Positions 1 to 11,073 of a stretch of DNA of 64,000 bases are shown piece after piece (positions within the stretch are counted from its first letter, which is position 1; each line of letters opens with the position of its first letter). The position numbers were made by a program, and so were the translations under genes. The DNA is from Pseudomonadota bacterium (lineage in GTDB: Bacteria; Pseudomonadota; Alphaproteobacteria; Rhodobacterales; Rhodobacteraceae), in NCBI GenBank assembly GCA_039026855.1, contig JBCCLL010000007.1, positions 780 to 64,779 on the forward strand, given 5' to 3'. The notes beneath the pieces were generated by a model that was not told where the DNA came from, ran no database searches, and was given only the letters and a program-made list of their open reading frames with translations.

Positions 1-534
<534 letters not shown>

Positions 535-837
535 TCACGGGTGGTCCGGCGGTCCAACGCCAGCCAAACCAACGGGACCCCGCAAACAAGCGGTCTACAC
601 GCTTGAGAGGAAACCGGCTTTGAACGGGACGCCGTTGCGGATCAGAGTGTTGAGCACGTCATCGCCGTTTGCGCGAGATCACTCACCCCGCCTGTCCAGA
701 TTTCAAACACGCCCATCAGGTTGCAACACCCGCAGCGCATGCGCGATCCAAATGCGTTAACGCTGCCCTGCTTCATTGCAAAACCCGAGTTCTCAGAAAC
801 GAGACATTGCGCCTACAGTCGGGACTTGAAATTCTGT

Positions 838-855
838 CTACCTATCGATAGGTAG
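838..855. promoter_or_regulatory. Perfect 18-bp palindrome CTACCTATCGATAGGTAG; probable TetR operator overlapping the cupin-operon promoter
   Basis: Palindrome seen directly. Overlaps TTGAAA(826-831)-17nt-TAGGTA. A near-copy lies upstream of the tetR gene at 3590-3607. Confidence 0.75.
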
Positions 856-938
856 CCACTCAACCAGAGTCGCGTGCCGCATGCCCGCTGCACCGCGTCT
901 CTTCCACCGCACCAACACACGGCAGGCGAGGACAGATA

Positions 939-1607
939 ATGGAATTGAATGCAGATTTTGACGCTCGGGTTGTGGTCCATTCCGACGCGCTCGATTGGGT
1001 TGCCTCACCCATGGCAGGGGTCGACAGGCGCATGTTGGACCGTATCGGCGACGAAGTGGCGCGTGCCACCACAATTGTACGCTACGCGCCCGGCAGTCAC
1101 TTTTCCGAACACACCCATACCGGCGGGGAAGAGTTCATCGTGCTCGACGGTGTCTTTCAAGACGAGCATGGCGACTTTCCGGCGGGCACCTACGTGCGCA
1201 ACCCGCCCACGTCGGCGCATACGCCGGGGTCGGATGACGGCTGCACGATCTTTGTGAAGCTCTGGCAGTTCGACATGGACGACAGAACGCAGTTCCGCAA
1301 AACCATGGCCGACGAGCTTGGCGCGCCGGTGAACGGCGTGGCCACCGCCCAACTGCACAAAGACGCGCGCGAAACCGTCACCTACAGTCACGTGGACCCC
1401 GGCGCCGTGCTGGAGATCGCGGATGCGGGCGGGACCGAACTCTTGGTTCTGGCCGGCAGCTTGACCGAAAGCGGCGATGTCCTGACCAAGGGCGGGTGGC
1501 TGCGGCTTCCAGCGGGTCAACCGCTCACCGCCACAGCGGGGGCCGACGGGGCAAAGGTCTGGGTCAAGACCGGACACCTCGTGCACGCGCACGCGCCGCG
1601 CGTCTGA
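939..1607 (+). CDS. ChrR-like cupin domain protein (tandem cupin, no anti-sigma domain)
   Basis: [50 protein letters not shown]...[10 protein letters not shown] motif; GAGGA RBS. Confidence 0.85.
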   Translation: MELNADFDARVVVHSDALDWVASPMAGVDRRMLDRIGDEVARATTIVRYAPGSHFSEHTHTGGEEFIVLDGVFQDEHGDFPAGTYVRNPPTSAHTPGSDDGCTIFVKLWQFDMDDRTQFRKTMADELGAPVNGVATAQLHKDARETVTYSHVDPGAVLEIADAGGTELLVLAGSLTESGDVLTKGGWLRLPAGQPLTATAGADGAKVWVKTGHLVHAHAPRV

Positions 1608-2290
1608 TGGCGAACACAGCCCCTCTGGTGATCGTCGCGGGTGCCGGTGCCGGTCTGGGTCAGGCCCTGCTCGCCCGGTTTCAGGCGGGCGGGTTCACCC
1701 CCGTTGGCCTCGGCCGCAGCAGGCTGGAGGCGCCGGTGGGCCAGTTCCACGCGCTCGATCTGGCTGACGCGACCGCACTGCCCGCAGCCATGGCACAAAT
1801 CATCGCCGAACACGGTGCCCCCCGCGTCGTCATCCACAACGCGGCAGAGTTGGTGATCGGGCCCTTTGTCGACGCGCATCTGAGCGACTTCCAACGCACC
1901 TGGACCTCGATGGTGCAATCTGCGGTCTTGCTTGCCCAGGCAACCCTGCAACCCATGGTGCGCGCAGGCGGCGGCGCCTTCATCGTGTCCGGGGCCACCG
2001 CCTCGTTGCGCGGCGGGGCTCGATTTTCGGCCTTTGCCAGCGCCAAATTCGCCCTGCGCGGTCTGACCCAGTCACTGGCGCGCGAGTTCCAACCGGCAGG
2101 CATCCATGTCAGCCACGTCATCCTCGACGGGATCATCGACACCGACCGCTCGCGCGCGCTGCACAGCCTGGATCCGACAAAAATGATGCGGCCCACCGAA
2201 ATTGCCGAAGCCTATTGGCAGCTCGCCCATCAACCCACATCCACCTGGACGCATGAATTGGATCTGCGTCCAGCCTCAGAAGGGTTTTGA
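1607..2290 (+). CDS. Short-chain dehydrogenase/reductase (SDR)
   Basis: VAGAGAGLG Rossmann motif, HNAA, SGATASLRG, F...K motif (FASAK); TGATG coupling to the upstream gene. Confidence 0.9.
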   Translation: MANTAPLVIVAGAGAGLGQALLARFQAGGFTPVGLGRSRLEAPVGQFHALDLADATALPAAMAQIIAEHGAPRVVIHNAAELVIGPFVDAHLSDFQRTWTSMVQSAVLLAQATLQPMVRAGGGAFIVSGATASLRGGARFSAFASAKFALRGLTQSLAREFQPAGIHVSHVILDGIIDTDRSRALHSLDPTKMMRPTEIAEAYWQLAHQPTSTWTHELDLRPASEGF

Positions 2291-2293
2291 GCC

Positions 2294-3358
2294 ATGAAAA
2301 CACTGATCATAGGTGGCGGTTTGTCGGGTTTGTACCTGACCGAACGCCTTGAGGCGCAAGGCCAAGACTATCACCTGGTTGAGGCGCGCGATCGCTTTGG
2401 CGGGCGGATCATGACCCAAACCGTGGACGACGCGACTTTTGATATGGGGCCGGCCTGGTTCTGGCCCGGTCAGCCGCGGATTGCCGCGCTCATTGCGCGT
2501 TTGGGGCTGCAAAAATTCGATCAATACGCCAACGGCGCGCTGACCTACGAAGATGCGCGCGGCGAGGTGCAGCGCGGCCAAGGGTTTGCGTCTATGGAAG
2601 GGTCCTGGCGGCTCGAGGGTGGCCTGTCGCGCCTCACCGCAGCGTTGGCGGCGCGGGTGCCCGAAGCGCGGCGCAGCCTCAATGCGCAGGTCACGGCGCT
2701 TGAGATGGTGGATGGCAAGTGTCGCGCAACGCTGCATGATGGCAGCGTGATCGCAGCAGACCGCGTTGTGCTGGCCATGCCGCCCCGCATCGCCGCCGGG
2801 TTGGCTTTTGCGCCAGCGCTGCCAGCGCCGGCGATGCGCGCCATGACCGATGTGCCCACATGGATGGCAGGCCAAGCCAAGGCTGTGGCGGTCTATGACA
2901 CACCGTTTTGGCGTGCCGCAGGGCTGTCTGGCGATGCCATGAGCCGCCGCGGTCCCATGGTCGAAATCCACGACGCATCGCCAAACGAAGGCGGGCCCTA
3001 CGCGCTCTTCGGCTTCATCGGCGTGCCGCCTGCCGCGCGTGCCGATACCGCGCGCCTGAAACAGGCGGTGCAGGACCAACTTGTGCGGCTCTTCGGGCCC
3101 GATGCGGCACGGCCACGCGCGCTGTTTGTCAAAGACTGGGCGCGCGACGCACGCACCGCAACCGCGGCAGACGCCGCCCCGCAATACAGTCACCCGACCT
3201 ATGGGCTGCCCCACGCGATGCGCGGGCTCTGGGACGGGCACCTGCTTTTTGCCGGGACCGAAGTGGCGCCCAACTTTGGCGGCTATATCGAAGGTGCGCT
3301 CGAAGCGGCGGAAATCGCGCTCGCGCAGCTTGAAGCGATGGAACCCGCCAACCTGTAG
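2294..3358 (+). CDS. Flavin monoamine oxidase family FAD-dependent oxidoreductase
   Basis: IIGGGLSG, EARDRFGGRI, DMGPAWFWP, FAGTE...GYIEGAL motifs. Confidence 0.88.
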   Translation: MKTLIIGGGLSGLYLTERLEAQGQDYHLVEARDRFGGRIMTQTVDDATFDMGPAWFWPGQPRIAALIARLGLQKFDQYANGALTYEDARGEVQRGQGFASMEGSWRLEGGLSRLTAALAARVPEARRSLNAQVTALEMVDGKCRATLHDGSVIAADRVVLAMPPRIAAGLAFAPALPAPAMRAMTDVPTWMAGQAKAVAVYDTPFWRAAGLSGDAMSRRGPMVEIHDASPNEGGPYALFGFIGVPPAARADTARLKQAVQDQLVRLFGPDAARPRALFVKDWARDARTATAADAAPQYSHPTYGLPHAMRGLWDGHLLFAGTEVAPNFGGYIEGALEAAEIALAQLEAMEPANL

Positions 3359-3589
3359 CACGCGCCGCCGCAAACGCAGTAGGCATGAAGCCCTAAGGGC
3401 ATGCGGAGTTGAGAATTGACGCTTGCCCTTCGCACCAACGCCGCCCGCGGTCTCTGGATCAGACCGATCTGCACAAACGCCAGCGCGGCCTGCGGTGGCC
3501 CTCGCACATCACTCTGAAACTCATCCCCTCATATCGCGCCAACAGGCTGCACAACGCACCCTGACAGCGCATTGACCATCAGAATATTT

Positions 3590-3607
3590 CTATCTATCGG
3601 TAGGTAA
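3590..3607. promoter_or_regulatory. Second copy of the TetR operator (CTATCTATCGGTAGGTAA), upstream of tetR
   Basis: 15/18 match to the palindrome at 838-855; follows TTGACC at 3572-3577. Confidence 0.7.
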
Positions 3608-3634
3608 AACTTTTCACGGACCAAGGATTTCGCG

Positions 3635-4138
3635 ATGTCTGACCGACGCGATGCCATTCTGGACGTGGCCGAACGGCTTATCCGGTCGCATGGCTACAGT
3701 GGCTTTTCCTTTCGCGAAGTGGCGCAGGCGGTCGGGATAAAATCCGCCAGCGTGCACTACCATTTCCCGACCAAACCCGACCTCGCCGCAGCCGTGGCCA
3801 AAAGGTATCGGGAACGTTTTGCCGATGCGATCGCCGCCGCAGAACAGCAGGGCAAAGGCCGGGTCGCGGCATGGCGCGACCTGTTTCACGCGGCCCTGCG
3901 ACAGGACGGGCTGATGTGCCTGTGCGGGATATTGGCCGCCGAAGGTAACAGCCTGCCCGCCGAAGTCGCACAAGAAGCACGTGCCTTTCTCGAATTTGGC
4001 ATCGCCTCACTGAACGAGGTCGCGCCGGAGCAAGGCCTGCGCATCCTGTCGCAACTCGAAGGGGCCATGTTGATCGCCAGATCCGCCGGCGAGCCGCAGC
4101 TGTTTTCAAATGCAACTGCAGACCTCGCGGCAGCTTAA
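3635..4138 (+). CDS. TetR/AcrR family regulator with CLCG motif
   Basis: TetR HTH GYSGFSFREVAQAVGIKSASVHYHFPTK; MCLCGILAAE. Confidence 0.93.
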   Translation: MSDRRDAILDVAERLIRSHGYSGFSFREVAQAVGIKSASVHYHFPTKPDLAAAVAKRYRERFADAIAAAEQQGKGRVAAWRDLFHAALRQDGLMCLCGILAAEGNSLPAEVAQEARAFLEFGIASLNEVAPEQGLRILSQLEGAMLIARSAGEPQLFSNATADLAAA

Positions 4139-4143
4139 ACCTG

Positions 4144-5415
4144 CTAATCAAAAAACTGCTTCAGCGCCGACATGGCCAACGGAATGCGCGGGGCAAAGCG
4201 CGGCACGTCCTCAGGCGTGATACGCCCCTCTGAGCCGTGCAACACGGCAAGCGCATCCGCCCCGTCATAGTCACAGGCGGACAAGCGCAGGCGCAGCACC
4301 GCAGGATCCTCGCCAAAGGCCAGACCGGGAAGCGTGACAACACCCGCCTGGGTGATCAGGTCATGCGACAGCGTCGTGGACGCGCCGTAGTTGGCAATCG
4401 GGGCAAAATCCGGCCACAGGTAAAAGCCGCCTTGCGCATCAACGCAATCTGCTCCGATCGCGCGCAAGCTGCTTGCGATGTATCGCGTCACCGCTGCGTG
4501 GATCTTCGAACAGTCGGAGATGAAATTTTCAATGTCGTCATGCCCTTCATACGCCTCAATCGCTGCGATCTGGATCGGTGCCGCGACACAAGACCATGTC
4601 TCACTGGCGATGCCCGACAGGACGTCAAACAGGCCGCCGATTGATTTGGGAATAACCCCAACGCCCAAACGCCAGCCACCGACGGACAAATGCTTGGACA
4701 GCCCGGTGGTGACCACGGTGTGCTCGGGCGCATAGGCAGAGATTGAGCGATAGGGCCCCTCAAAGGCCAGGCGCCCGTAAATCTCGTCGGCAATGATCAC
4801 AATCCCCTGGTCGATGCAGACCTGCGCGATCTCTTGCATCAAGGTGTCGGGGATCGACAGGCCGGTGGGATTGTTTGGGTAGTTGAGCAGCAATTTGGTT
4901 GGGTTTTTGCCCGCGGCACGCGCGTCACGGATCGCCCGCGCAAGCGTCTCACCCGAAATCAAATAGCCGGCGTCCGTTTGCTCCGAAGGCACGGCAATTG
5001 TCTTCTGACCCAACATCGCCGCCTGCGGTGCGTAGCTGACCCAGGACGGCGTCGGCAACAAGAGGTCCCCGGTGACGGCCATCTGCACGGCATAGAGGAT
5101 CAGCTTGCTGCCGGGCGCGACCAGCACATCGACGCCGTCCATATCGGTCCCCAGCAGGCGGTGCTGGTGTCGGATAACCGCGCGCCGCAGTTCTGGCAGG
5201 CCCGCCACGGGCAAATAGCCTTTTTCATGCGCGTGCGTCTGCATCGCGTCAATCAGGCGCTTGGGCGCCGGGAACGGGGCCTGCCCAAAACCCATGTGAT
5301 AGGTCTCTTGCCCCTGCTGCCTGCGCGCGTGTGCCAGCGCATCAGCAGCAAGTGTCGGGGACACCGAAACAGGTGGCATCAATTGGACGGCACGGGGGGC
5401 GAGCGTATCTGGCAT
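4144..5415 (-). CDS. PLP-dependent aminotransferase class I/II (aspartate aminotransferase-like)
   Basis: PSWVSY, NYPNNPTG, DEIY, GLSKHLSVGGWRLG motifs. ATG 5415 follows an AAGGTG SD; GTG 5424 is an alternative start. Confidence 0.9.
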   Translation of the reverse strand: MPDTLAPRAVQLMPPVSVSPTLAADALAHARRQQGQETYHMGFGQAPFPAPKRLIDAMQTHAHEKGYLPVAGLPELRRAVIRHQHRLLGTDMDGVDVLVAPGSKLILYAVQMAVTGDLLLPTPSWVSYAPQAAMLGQKTIAVPSEQTDAGYLISGETLARAIRDARAAGKNPTKLLLNYPNNPTGLSIPDTLMQEIAQVCIDQGIVIIADEIYGRLAFEGPYRSISAYAPEHTVVTTGLSKHLSVGGWRLGVGVIPKSIGGLFDVLSGIASETWSCVAAPIQIAAIEAYEGHDDIENFISDCSKIHAAVTRYIASSLRAIGADCVDAQGGFYLWPDFAPIANYGASTTLSHDLITQAGVVTLPGLAFGEDPAVLRLRLSACDYDGADALAVLHGSEGRITPEDVPRFAPRIPLAMSALKQFFD

Positions 5416-5512
5416 GTCAGGCACCTTTGTTGGGATGCCGCATTTTTATGTGATACAGCTTTGAAAAAAAACGCTAAACAACGCGCGCTGCCATCTATTT
5501 TAGATATGGATT

Positions 5513-6427
5513 ATGGACCGCAACCTGCCACCGCTCAATGCCGTCAAAGTCTTTGATTCCGTTGTGCGACACGGATCGCTCAGCGCTGCCGCGCGTGCCC
5601 TGCACATCAGTCAAAGCGCGGTCAGCAAGCACATCGGCAATCTTGAGAGCTATCTCGGCGCCGTGCTCTTGCGCCGGTCGCAATCAGGCACCGCGCTGAC
5701 ATCCGCCGGAGAGGCGTTTTATCAGACGGTCGGACCAGCCCTGGCCAGCATCGCGCAGGCAACCATGGCGTGCCGCGCCACCGCCGAAGGCATCCACGTG
5801 CTGCGCATTTCCGCGCCCGCGTCGATCTCTGTGGGCTGGCTTGCACCCCGCCTGACCGCGTTCCAACAGATGCACCCCGATATCGTCGTAGACCTGACCA
5901 TCGCTGACACATGCCCGGATTTTGCGACCTCGGGCCATGACGGTGCGGTGATACCCTGCGCAGCAGCCGACGCATCAGACACCTGGGCCCATGTGTTTGA
6001 CGAGGTGGTGACGCCGGTCTGCAGCCCGACGCTGGCGACCACGCGCCAGCTCAGCGATGCCACAGATATCGCCCGCTGCCCGCTGATACATACCAGCACC
6101 CGGTCTGAGCTTTGGACCAACTGGTTTCGTGCCCACACACCGGGTCCGGATGACCCTGCCCCAGAGACCAGAGGCTTTGGCTTTCAAGACTTCTATCTCT
6201 CGATTGCCGCTGCCAAAGCGGGGCTCGGCATCGCCCTGGTCCCCACCTTTCTGGTCGCCGCGGATATCGCCGAAGGGACGCTGATCACGCCGCGCGCTCA
6301 ACCGCTGCACACCGGGCACGCCTATTGGCTGGCCAAGGGCCCATCGCCGCACACGCGCGATCACCTAAAAAAGTTCAGCGCCTGGTTGATCAACGCACTG
6401 ACCCCGCCTGCGCCGCCAAGCCGTTGA
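5513..6427 (+). CDS. LysR family regulator (GcvA-like), divergent from the aminotransferase
   Basis: LPPLNAVKVF..VVRHGSLSAAARALHISQSAVSKHIGNLE HTH; GLGIALVP. Confidence 0.93.
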   Translation: MDRNLPPLNAVKVFDSVVRHGSLSAAARALHISQSAVSKHIGNLESYLGAVLLRRSQSGTALTSAGEAFYQTVGPALASIAQATMACRATAEGIHVLRISAPASISVGWLAPRLTAFQQMHPDIVVDLTIADTCPDFATSGHDGAVIPCAAADASDTWAHVFDEVVTPVCSPTLATTRQLSDATDIARCPLIHTSTRSELWTNWFRAHTPGPDDPAPETRGFGFQDFYLSIAAAKAGLGIALVPTFLVAADIAEGTLITPRAQPLHTGHAYWLAKGPSPHTRDHLKKFSAWLINALTPPAPPSR

Positions 6428-6942
6428 CGCTGTGTCGTGATCAATTGTTAAGCGGCGTCTTGCCTGAATGTTGAGCCGCGCTGTTAGGCGATTCAGGAGG
6501 TTGGCGGCGTGAGACAGTCTTAAGCTGGGAAAATTTAATTTAATCGTCTGTTTAAAAACGTTTATTCACCCGATTTGAAAACTGGTTCCAGCAACGAATA
6601 ACATGTGTTTGACGCGCCGCAACGCCAACCATTAGTCGTCTGAAAAAGTGCTTACTTGACCGCCCACAAAAGCGCACGATCCCGCTCGCCCGAAATCGCC
6701 AAAAGAGCAACCGTGCAATGCAGTCGCCAAAGTCTCAAACGCCGCAGGCCGGTGGTTCATCGATCAAACGAAAAGCGACGGTTTAGCGCTGCTGGCGCCA
6801 CAAGACTTCTGCCCGACAGCCATTTCAAAACTCAATTCTCACTTGCAACGCTCAATGTCTCCCCGCCCAAAAACATCCGGCACAGACCACAGCCTGCCAA
6901 TTCCGCTTGCCCGCCTCGCCGCTTTTGCGCAACGTCGCGGCC

Positions 6943-7902
6943 ATGACACAAAACACCTACGACACCGGCCGCCTGAACCTGCCATTTGTGGGCATCTCCA
7001 CCTTTGGAAAACGCCCCTATATCGAGGATTGGGACGCGTTGCAGGCGGATGTCGCCATCCTCGGCGCGCCGTTTGACGCTGGCACGCAATGGCGCTCGGG
7101 CGCGCGATTTGGGCCGCGGGCGGTGCGCGAGGCCTCGACGCTCTTTAGCTTCGGTCACGCCGGCGCCTATGACCACGAAGACGATGCCACCTACCTGCCC
7201 GAGGATGTGCGCATCGTCGACATGGGCGACGCCGATATCATCCACACCGACACCGATGGCAGCCACGCCAATATCGAGGCAGGCGTGCGCGCAGCCCTTG
7301 CCGCAGGGGCATTGCCGGTGACCATCGGTGGCGACCACTCGGTCAACATCCCCTGCATCCGCGCCTTTGCGGGCCAGGGCGACTTCCACATCCTGCAGAT
7401 CGACGCGCATCTCGATTTTGTCGACGAACGCCACGGCGTGCGCCATGGCCACGGCAACCCGATGCGCCGCGCCGCTGAACAGCCGTTTGTCACCGGATTG
7501 ACCCAGGTCGGCATCCGCAATGTCAGCTCTACCGCGCGCGAAGGCTACGCCGATGCGCGGCGCATGGGCGCCGACATCCTGTCAGTGCGCCAGGCCCGCG
7601 CGCTGGGGCCGGCAGGTGTGATCAACCGCATTCCCGCCGGCGCGCGGCTCTATGTGACGATCGACATCGACGCCTTCTGCCCCTCCATCGCGCCGGGCAC
7701 AGGCACGCCCAGCCATGGCGGGTTTCTCTATTACGACGTGCTCGAGATGCTGCAAGCTGCGGCCAAACGCCACGACATTGTGGGCATCGATTTGGTCGAG
7801 GTCGCCCCCGACTACGACCCCACTGGCAGCACTGCGATCCTGGCGGCACAGGTCCTTATGAACCTGCTGGGCTTTATCTTTCACGCGCGCGCGGGTGGAT
7901 AA
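6943..7902 (+). CDS. speB: Agmatinase (ureohydrolase)
   Basis: GARFGPRAVREAS, GGDHS, DAHLD, DIDAFCPSIAPGTGTP metal-binding motifs. Confidence 0.88.
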   Translation: MTQNTYDTGRLNLPFVGISTFGKRPYIEDWDALQADVAILGAPFDAGTQWRSGARFGPRAVREASTLFSFGHAGAYDHEDDATYLPEDVRIVDMGDADIIHTDTDGSHANIEAGVRAALAAGALPVTIGGDHSVNIPCIRAFAGQGDFHILQIDAHLDFVDERHGVRHGHGNPMRRAAEQPFVTGLTQVGIRNVSSTAREGYADARRMGADILSVRQARALGPAGVINRIPAGARLYVTIDIDAFCPSIAPGTGTPSHGGFLYYDVLEMLQAAAKRHDIVGIDLVEVAPDYDPTGSTAILAAQVLMNLLGFIFHARAGG

Positions 7903-7985
7903 CGGCCCTTCGGGGAGAGTTTACTTGGCAAGATGAAGAAACCCACCTGCTTCATCTTGCCCGAAAAACTCCCCCCGGAGGGCCG
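7903..7985. repeat. Inverted pair of ~36-bp CTTC-ended repeats forming a long hairpin downstream of speB
   Basis: CTTCATCTTGCCAAGTAAACTCTCCCCGAAGGGCCG (minus, 7903-7938) and CTTCATCTTGCCCGAAAAACTCCCCCCGGAGGGCCG (plus, 7950-7985). Confidence 0.8.
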
Positions 7986-8101
7986 ATCCCCGCCCGCACC
8001 CTCGCGTGCCATGACGTGCACGGGATGTGACAGGTCGCGAGATCACTTTTCCTTTTGGCGCTGTTGTCTATGTTAAGCGGCAATCAGGCACGGGACCGCA
8101 C

Positions 8102-10135
8102 ATGACTTCCGACCCACTTGTGATCTTTACCCCTTCGGGCAAACGCGGGCATTTCCCGGTGGGCACCTCCGTGCTTACCGCAGCGCAGCAATTGGGCGTC
8201 GATCTCGACAGCGTGTGCGGTGGGCGCGGCATCTGTTCCAAGTGTCAGGTCACGCCCAGCTTTGGCGATTTTCCCAAACACGGGGTCAGCGTGTCCGAAA
8301 CCGCGCTGTCATGTTGGAACGCGGTTGAGGCGCGATATGACGCAAAACGCGGGTTGACCCCGGGCCGGCGACTGGGCTGCCAGGCGACCATCCAGGGCGA
8401 TGTGGTCATCGACGTGCCGGCCACAAGCCAGGTGCACAAGCAGGTGGTGCGCAAAGCGGCCGAGGCGCGCGACATCGTGCTAAACCCATCGGTCCGCCTG
8501 TGCTGTGTCGAGGTGGCGCAGCCGGACATGCACGATCCTTCGGGCGATCTGGAACGGCTGGTGGCCGCGCTGAAACGAGACTGCGATCTGGACGAGGTGC
8601 GCGCCGATCTGCGCATCCTGCAGACGATGCAGCCGACCTTGCGCAAGGGCAACTGGCAGGTCACCTGCGCCGTACATCTGGGCGACGCAGACAGCCCGCC
8701 GCGGATCATGCAGATCTGGCCGGGCGCCTATGAGGGCGCCATTTACGGCCTGGCTGTCGACCTCGGCTCCACCACCATCGCCGGGCACCTGTGCAACCTC
8801 GGCACCGGAGAGGTTGTCGCCTCCTCGGGGCTGATGAACCCGCAGATCCGCTTTGGCGAGGACCTGATGAGCCGCGTGTCCTACGGCATGATGAACGCGG
8901 GCGGCGCGCAAGAGATGACCCATGCCGTGCGCGAAGGCCTGAACGCGCTGGTCACGCAGATCGCCGCTGAGGCGCAGATTGAACCCGCGCTGATCGTCGA
9001 CGCGGTGCTGGTGTGCAACCCGGTGATGCACCATCTGCTGCTGGGCATCGACCCGTTTGAACTGGGTCAGGCGCCGTTTGCACTGGCCACATCTGACGCA
9101 CTGCGCCTCGATGCGCGCGCGCTGGAGCTTGAGATCAACCCGTTGGCGCGCGCCTACCTGCTGCCCTGTATCGCCGGCCACGTGGGCGCGGATGCGGCCG
9201 CTGTGGCACTGGCCGAGGCGCCCAACAAATCCGACGATCTGGTGCTGGTTGTGGATGTCGGCACCAATGCCGAGATCCTGTTGGGCAACCGCGACAAGGT
9301 GCTGGCCTGTTCCTCGCCCACCGGCCCGGCTTTTGAGGGCGCGCAAATCAGTGCCGGGCAACGCGCTGCGCCGGGCGCCATCGAACGCATCGAGATCGAT
9401 CCGCTGACCAAGGAACCCCGCTTTCGCATCATCGGCGTTGATCTGTGGTCTGACGAGGACGGCTTTGCCGCGGCCGCGGCGGTCACTGGCATCACCGGTA
9501 TCTGCGGCTCGGGCATCATCGAAGCGCTCGCCGAGATGCGGCTGGCGGGTGTGCTCGATGCCTCCGGTCTGATCGGCTCGGCTGAACAAACCGGTACGCC
9601 GCGCTGTATCCCCGACGGACGCACGCACGCCTACCTGATCTACGACGGGCGCGCGGCCGGCGGGCCGCTGGTCACGGTGACAAATGCCGACGTGCGCGCG
9701 ATCCAGATGGCCAAGGCAGCGCTCTATTCCGGCGCGCGGCTGCTGATGGACAAATTCGGCGTGGATGCTGTCGACCGAGTGGTGCTGGCCGGGGCCTTTG
9801 GCGCGCATATCTCGCCCAAACACGCGATGGTGCTGGGCATGATCCCAGACGCCGATTTTGCCAAAGTCACGTCTGCTGGCAACGCCGCAGGCACTGGCGC
9901 CCGCATCGCGCTGCTCAACCGCGACGCGCGCCCCGAGATTGAGGACACCGTGCGCCGCATCCACAAGATCGAAACGGCCATTGAGCCGCGGTTCCAAGAG
10001 CATTTTGTGAACGCCTCAGCGCTGCCCAACGCGGTCGATCCGTTCCCGACACTGAACAGCGTGGTCACCCTGCCCGAAGTCAACTTTAACACCGGCGCCG
10101 ATGCCGGTCGCCGTCGCCGCCGTCGCCGCGCCTGA
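8102..10135 (+). CDS. ASKHA-domain 2Fe-2S protein, RACo/DUF4445 family (reductive activator of corrinoid proteins)
   Basis: N-terminal CGGRGICSKC...RLGC 2Fe-2S; AVDLGSTTI, NPQIRFGEDLMSR, DVGTNAEI, GPAFEGA, GICGSG, LAGAFG, GNAAG motifs. Confidence 0.9.
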   Translation: MTSDPLVIFTPSGKRGHFPVGTSVLTAAQQLGVDLDSVCGGRGICSKCQVTPSFGDFPKHGVSVSETALSCWNAVEARYDAKRGLTPGRRLGCQATIQGDVVIDVPATSQVHKQVVRKAAEARDIVLNPSVRLCCVEVAQPDMHDPSGDLERLVAALKRDCDLDEVRADLRILQTMQPTLRKGNWQVTCAVHLGDADSPPRIMQIWPGAYEGAIYGLAVDLGSTTIAGHLCNLGTGEVVASSGLMNPQIRFGEDLMSRVSYGMMNAGGAQEMTHAVREGLNALVTQIAAEAQIEPALIVDAVLVCNPVMHHLLLGIDPFELGQAPFALATSDALRLDARALELEINPLARAYLLPCIAGHVGADAAAVALAEAPNKSDDLVLVVDVGTNAEILLGNRDKVLACSSPTGPAFEGAQISAGQRAAPGAIERIEIDPLTKEPRFRIIGVDLWSDEDGFAAAAAVTGITGICGSGIIEALAEMRLAGVLDASGLIGSAEQTGTPRCIPDGRTHAYLIYDGRAAGGPLVTVTNADVRAIQMAKAALYSGARLLMDKFGVDAVDRVVLAGAFGAHISPKHAMVLGMIPDADFAKVTSAGNAAGTGARIALLNRDARPEIEDTVRRIHKIETAIEPRFQEHFVNASALPNAVDPFPTLNSVVTLPEVNFNTGADAGRRRRRRRA

Positions 10136-10230
10136 GGCCGAAGAGCAGGCGCAGCCTGCGATGAGGCCCGCAATCCGACTTGCGTGACGGTGCTCGCTGC
10201 GGCACGCTCCGCGCGCAAGAGGACACGATC

Positions 10231-11073
10231 ATGCACAATCTCGATCAACAGGAATACTGGAGCCATGCCGCAGGCCCCTCCTGGGTGTCGCACCAAGACG
10301 CGATGGACACTCTGCTGACCCCCGTGCTCGACCTGGCCCTCGACGCGGCGGCGGTGCAACCGGGCGAGCGGGTGCTTGATATCGGCTGCGGCACCGGGCA
10401 GAGCACGGACGTCATCGGCCGAGCGGTTGGCTCCGCGGGCCACGTCACCGGCCTCGACATTTCGGAAACCATGCTTGCATTAGCGCGTGGCCGTGTTTCC
10501 GCACTGCCACAGGCCAGCTTGATCTGCGCGGACGCGCAGACCCACACCTTTGCTACGGGTGGTTTTGACCTGCTGTTTTCCCGCTTTGGCGTGATGTTTT
10601 TTGACGACACCACCGCCGCTTTCGCCAATCTTTGGCAGGCCTTGGCGCCGGGTGGGCGCATGGTGCTGGCGGCGTGGGGCCCGGTGGCGGGCAACCCCTG
10701 GTTCACCGAACCGGCCCAGGCCGCGCGTGAGGTGCTGGGCCCCAGCCCCAAACCTGACCGCACCCTGCCCGGCCCGTTTGCCTTTGAAGACGCCAACCGC
10801 ATCCTGCCGCAACTGCGCGCCGCGGGCCTGCCCGACCCGGCCGTGCACACGCATGACATTTATCTGACGCCGGGCGGCAGCGTGGCGGACGTGGCCTGCC
10901 TCTGCTGTCAGATCGGCCCCGCCGATGGCGCCCTCAAGTACCACCAGGCAGACGATGCGGCGCGCAGCGCCGTGATGGCAGCGGTGGCCGAGCGCATGGC
11001 CAAATATGACAGCGCCGAAGGTGTCCGCGTGCCCGCCCGCATCCACATCTACACCGCCAGCAAAGCCTCTTGA
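10231..11073 (+). CDS. Class I SAM-dependent methyltransferase
   Basis: VLDIGCGTG motif I; DLLFSRFGVMFF; GAGGA RBS. Confidence 0.9.
   Translation: MHNLDQQEYWSHAAGPSWVSHQDAMDTLLTPVLDLALDAAAVQPGERVLDIGCGTGQSTDVIGRAVGSAGHVTGLDISETMLALARGRVSALPQASLICADAQTHTFATGGFDLLFSRFGVMFFDDTTAAFANLWQALAPGGRMVLAAWGPVAGNPWFTEPAQAAREVLGPSPKPDRTLPGPFAFEDANRILPQLRAAGLPDPAVHTHDIYLTPGGSVADVACLCCQIGPADGALKYHQADDAARSAVMAAVAERMAKYDSAEGVRVPARIHIYTASKAS

Noticed and set aside
596-685. Minus-strand fragment reading ...VLNTLIRNGVPF..., faintly like an IS110 transposase C-terminus
   Set aside because: Too short, needs a frameshift, and no other IS features are present.
6428-6940. AT-rich 500-bp intergenic region with a small CCTGAAT/ATTCAGG inverted repeat
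   Set aside because: No ORF, riboswitch motif, IS end or correctly spaced CtrA box could be supported.
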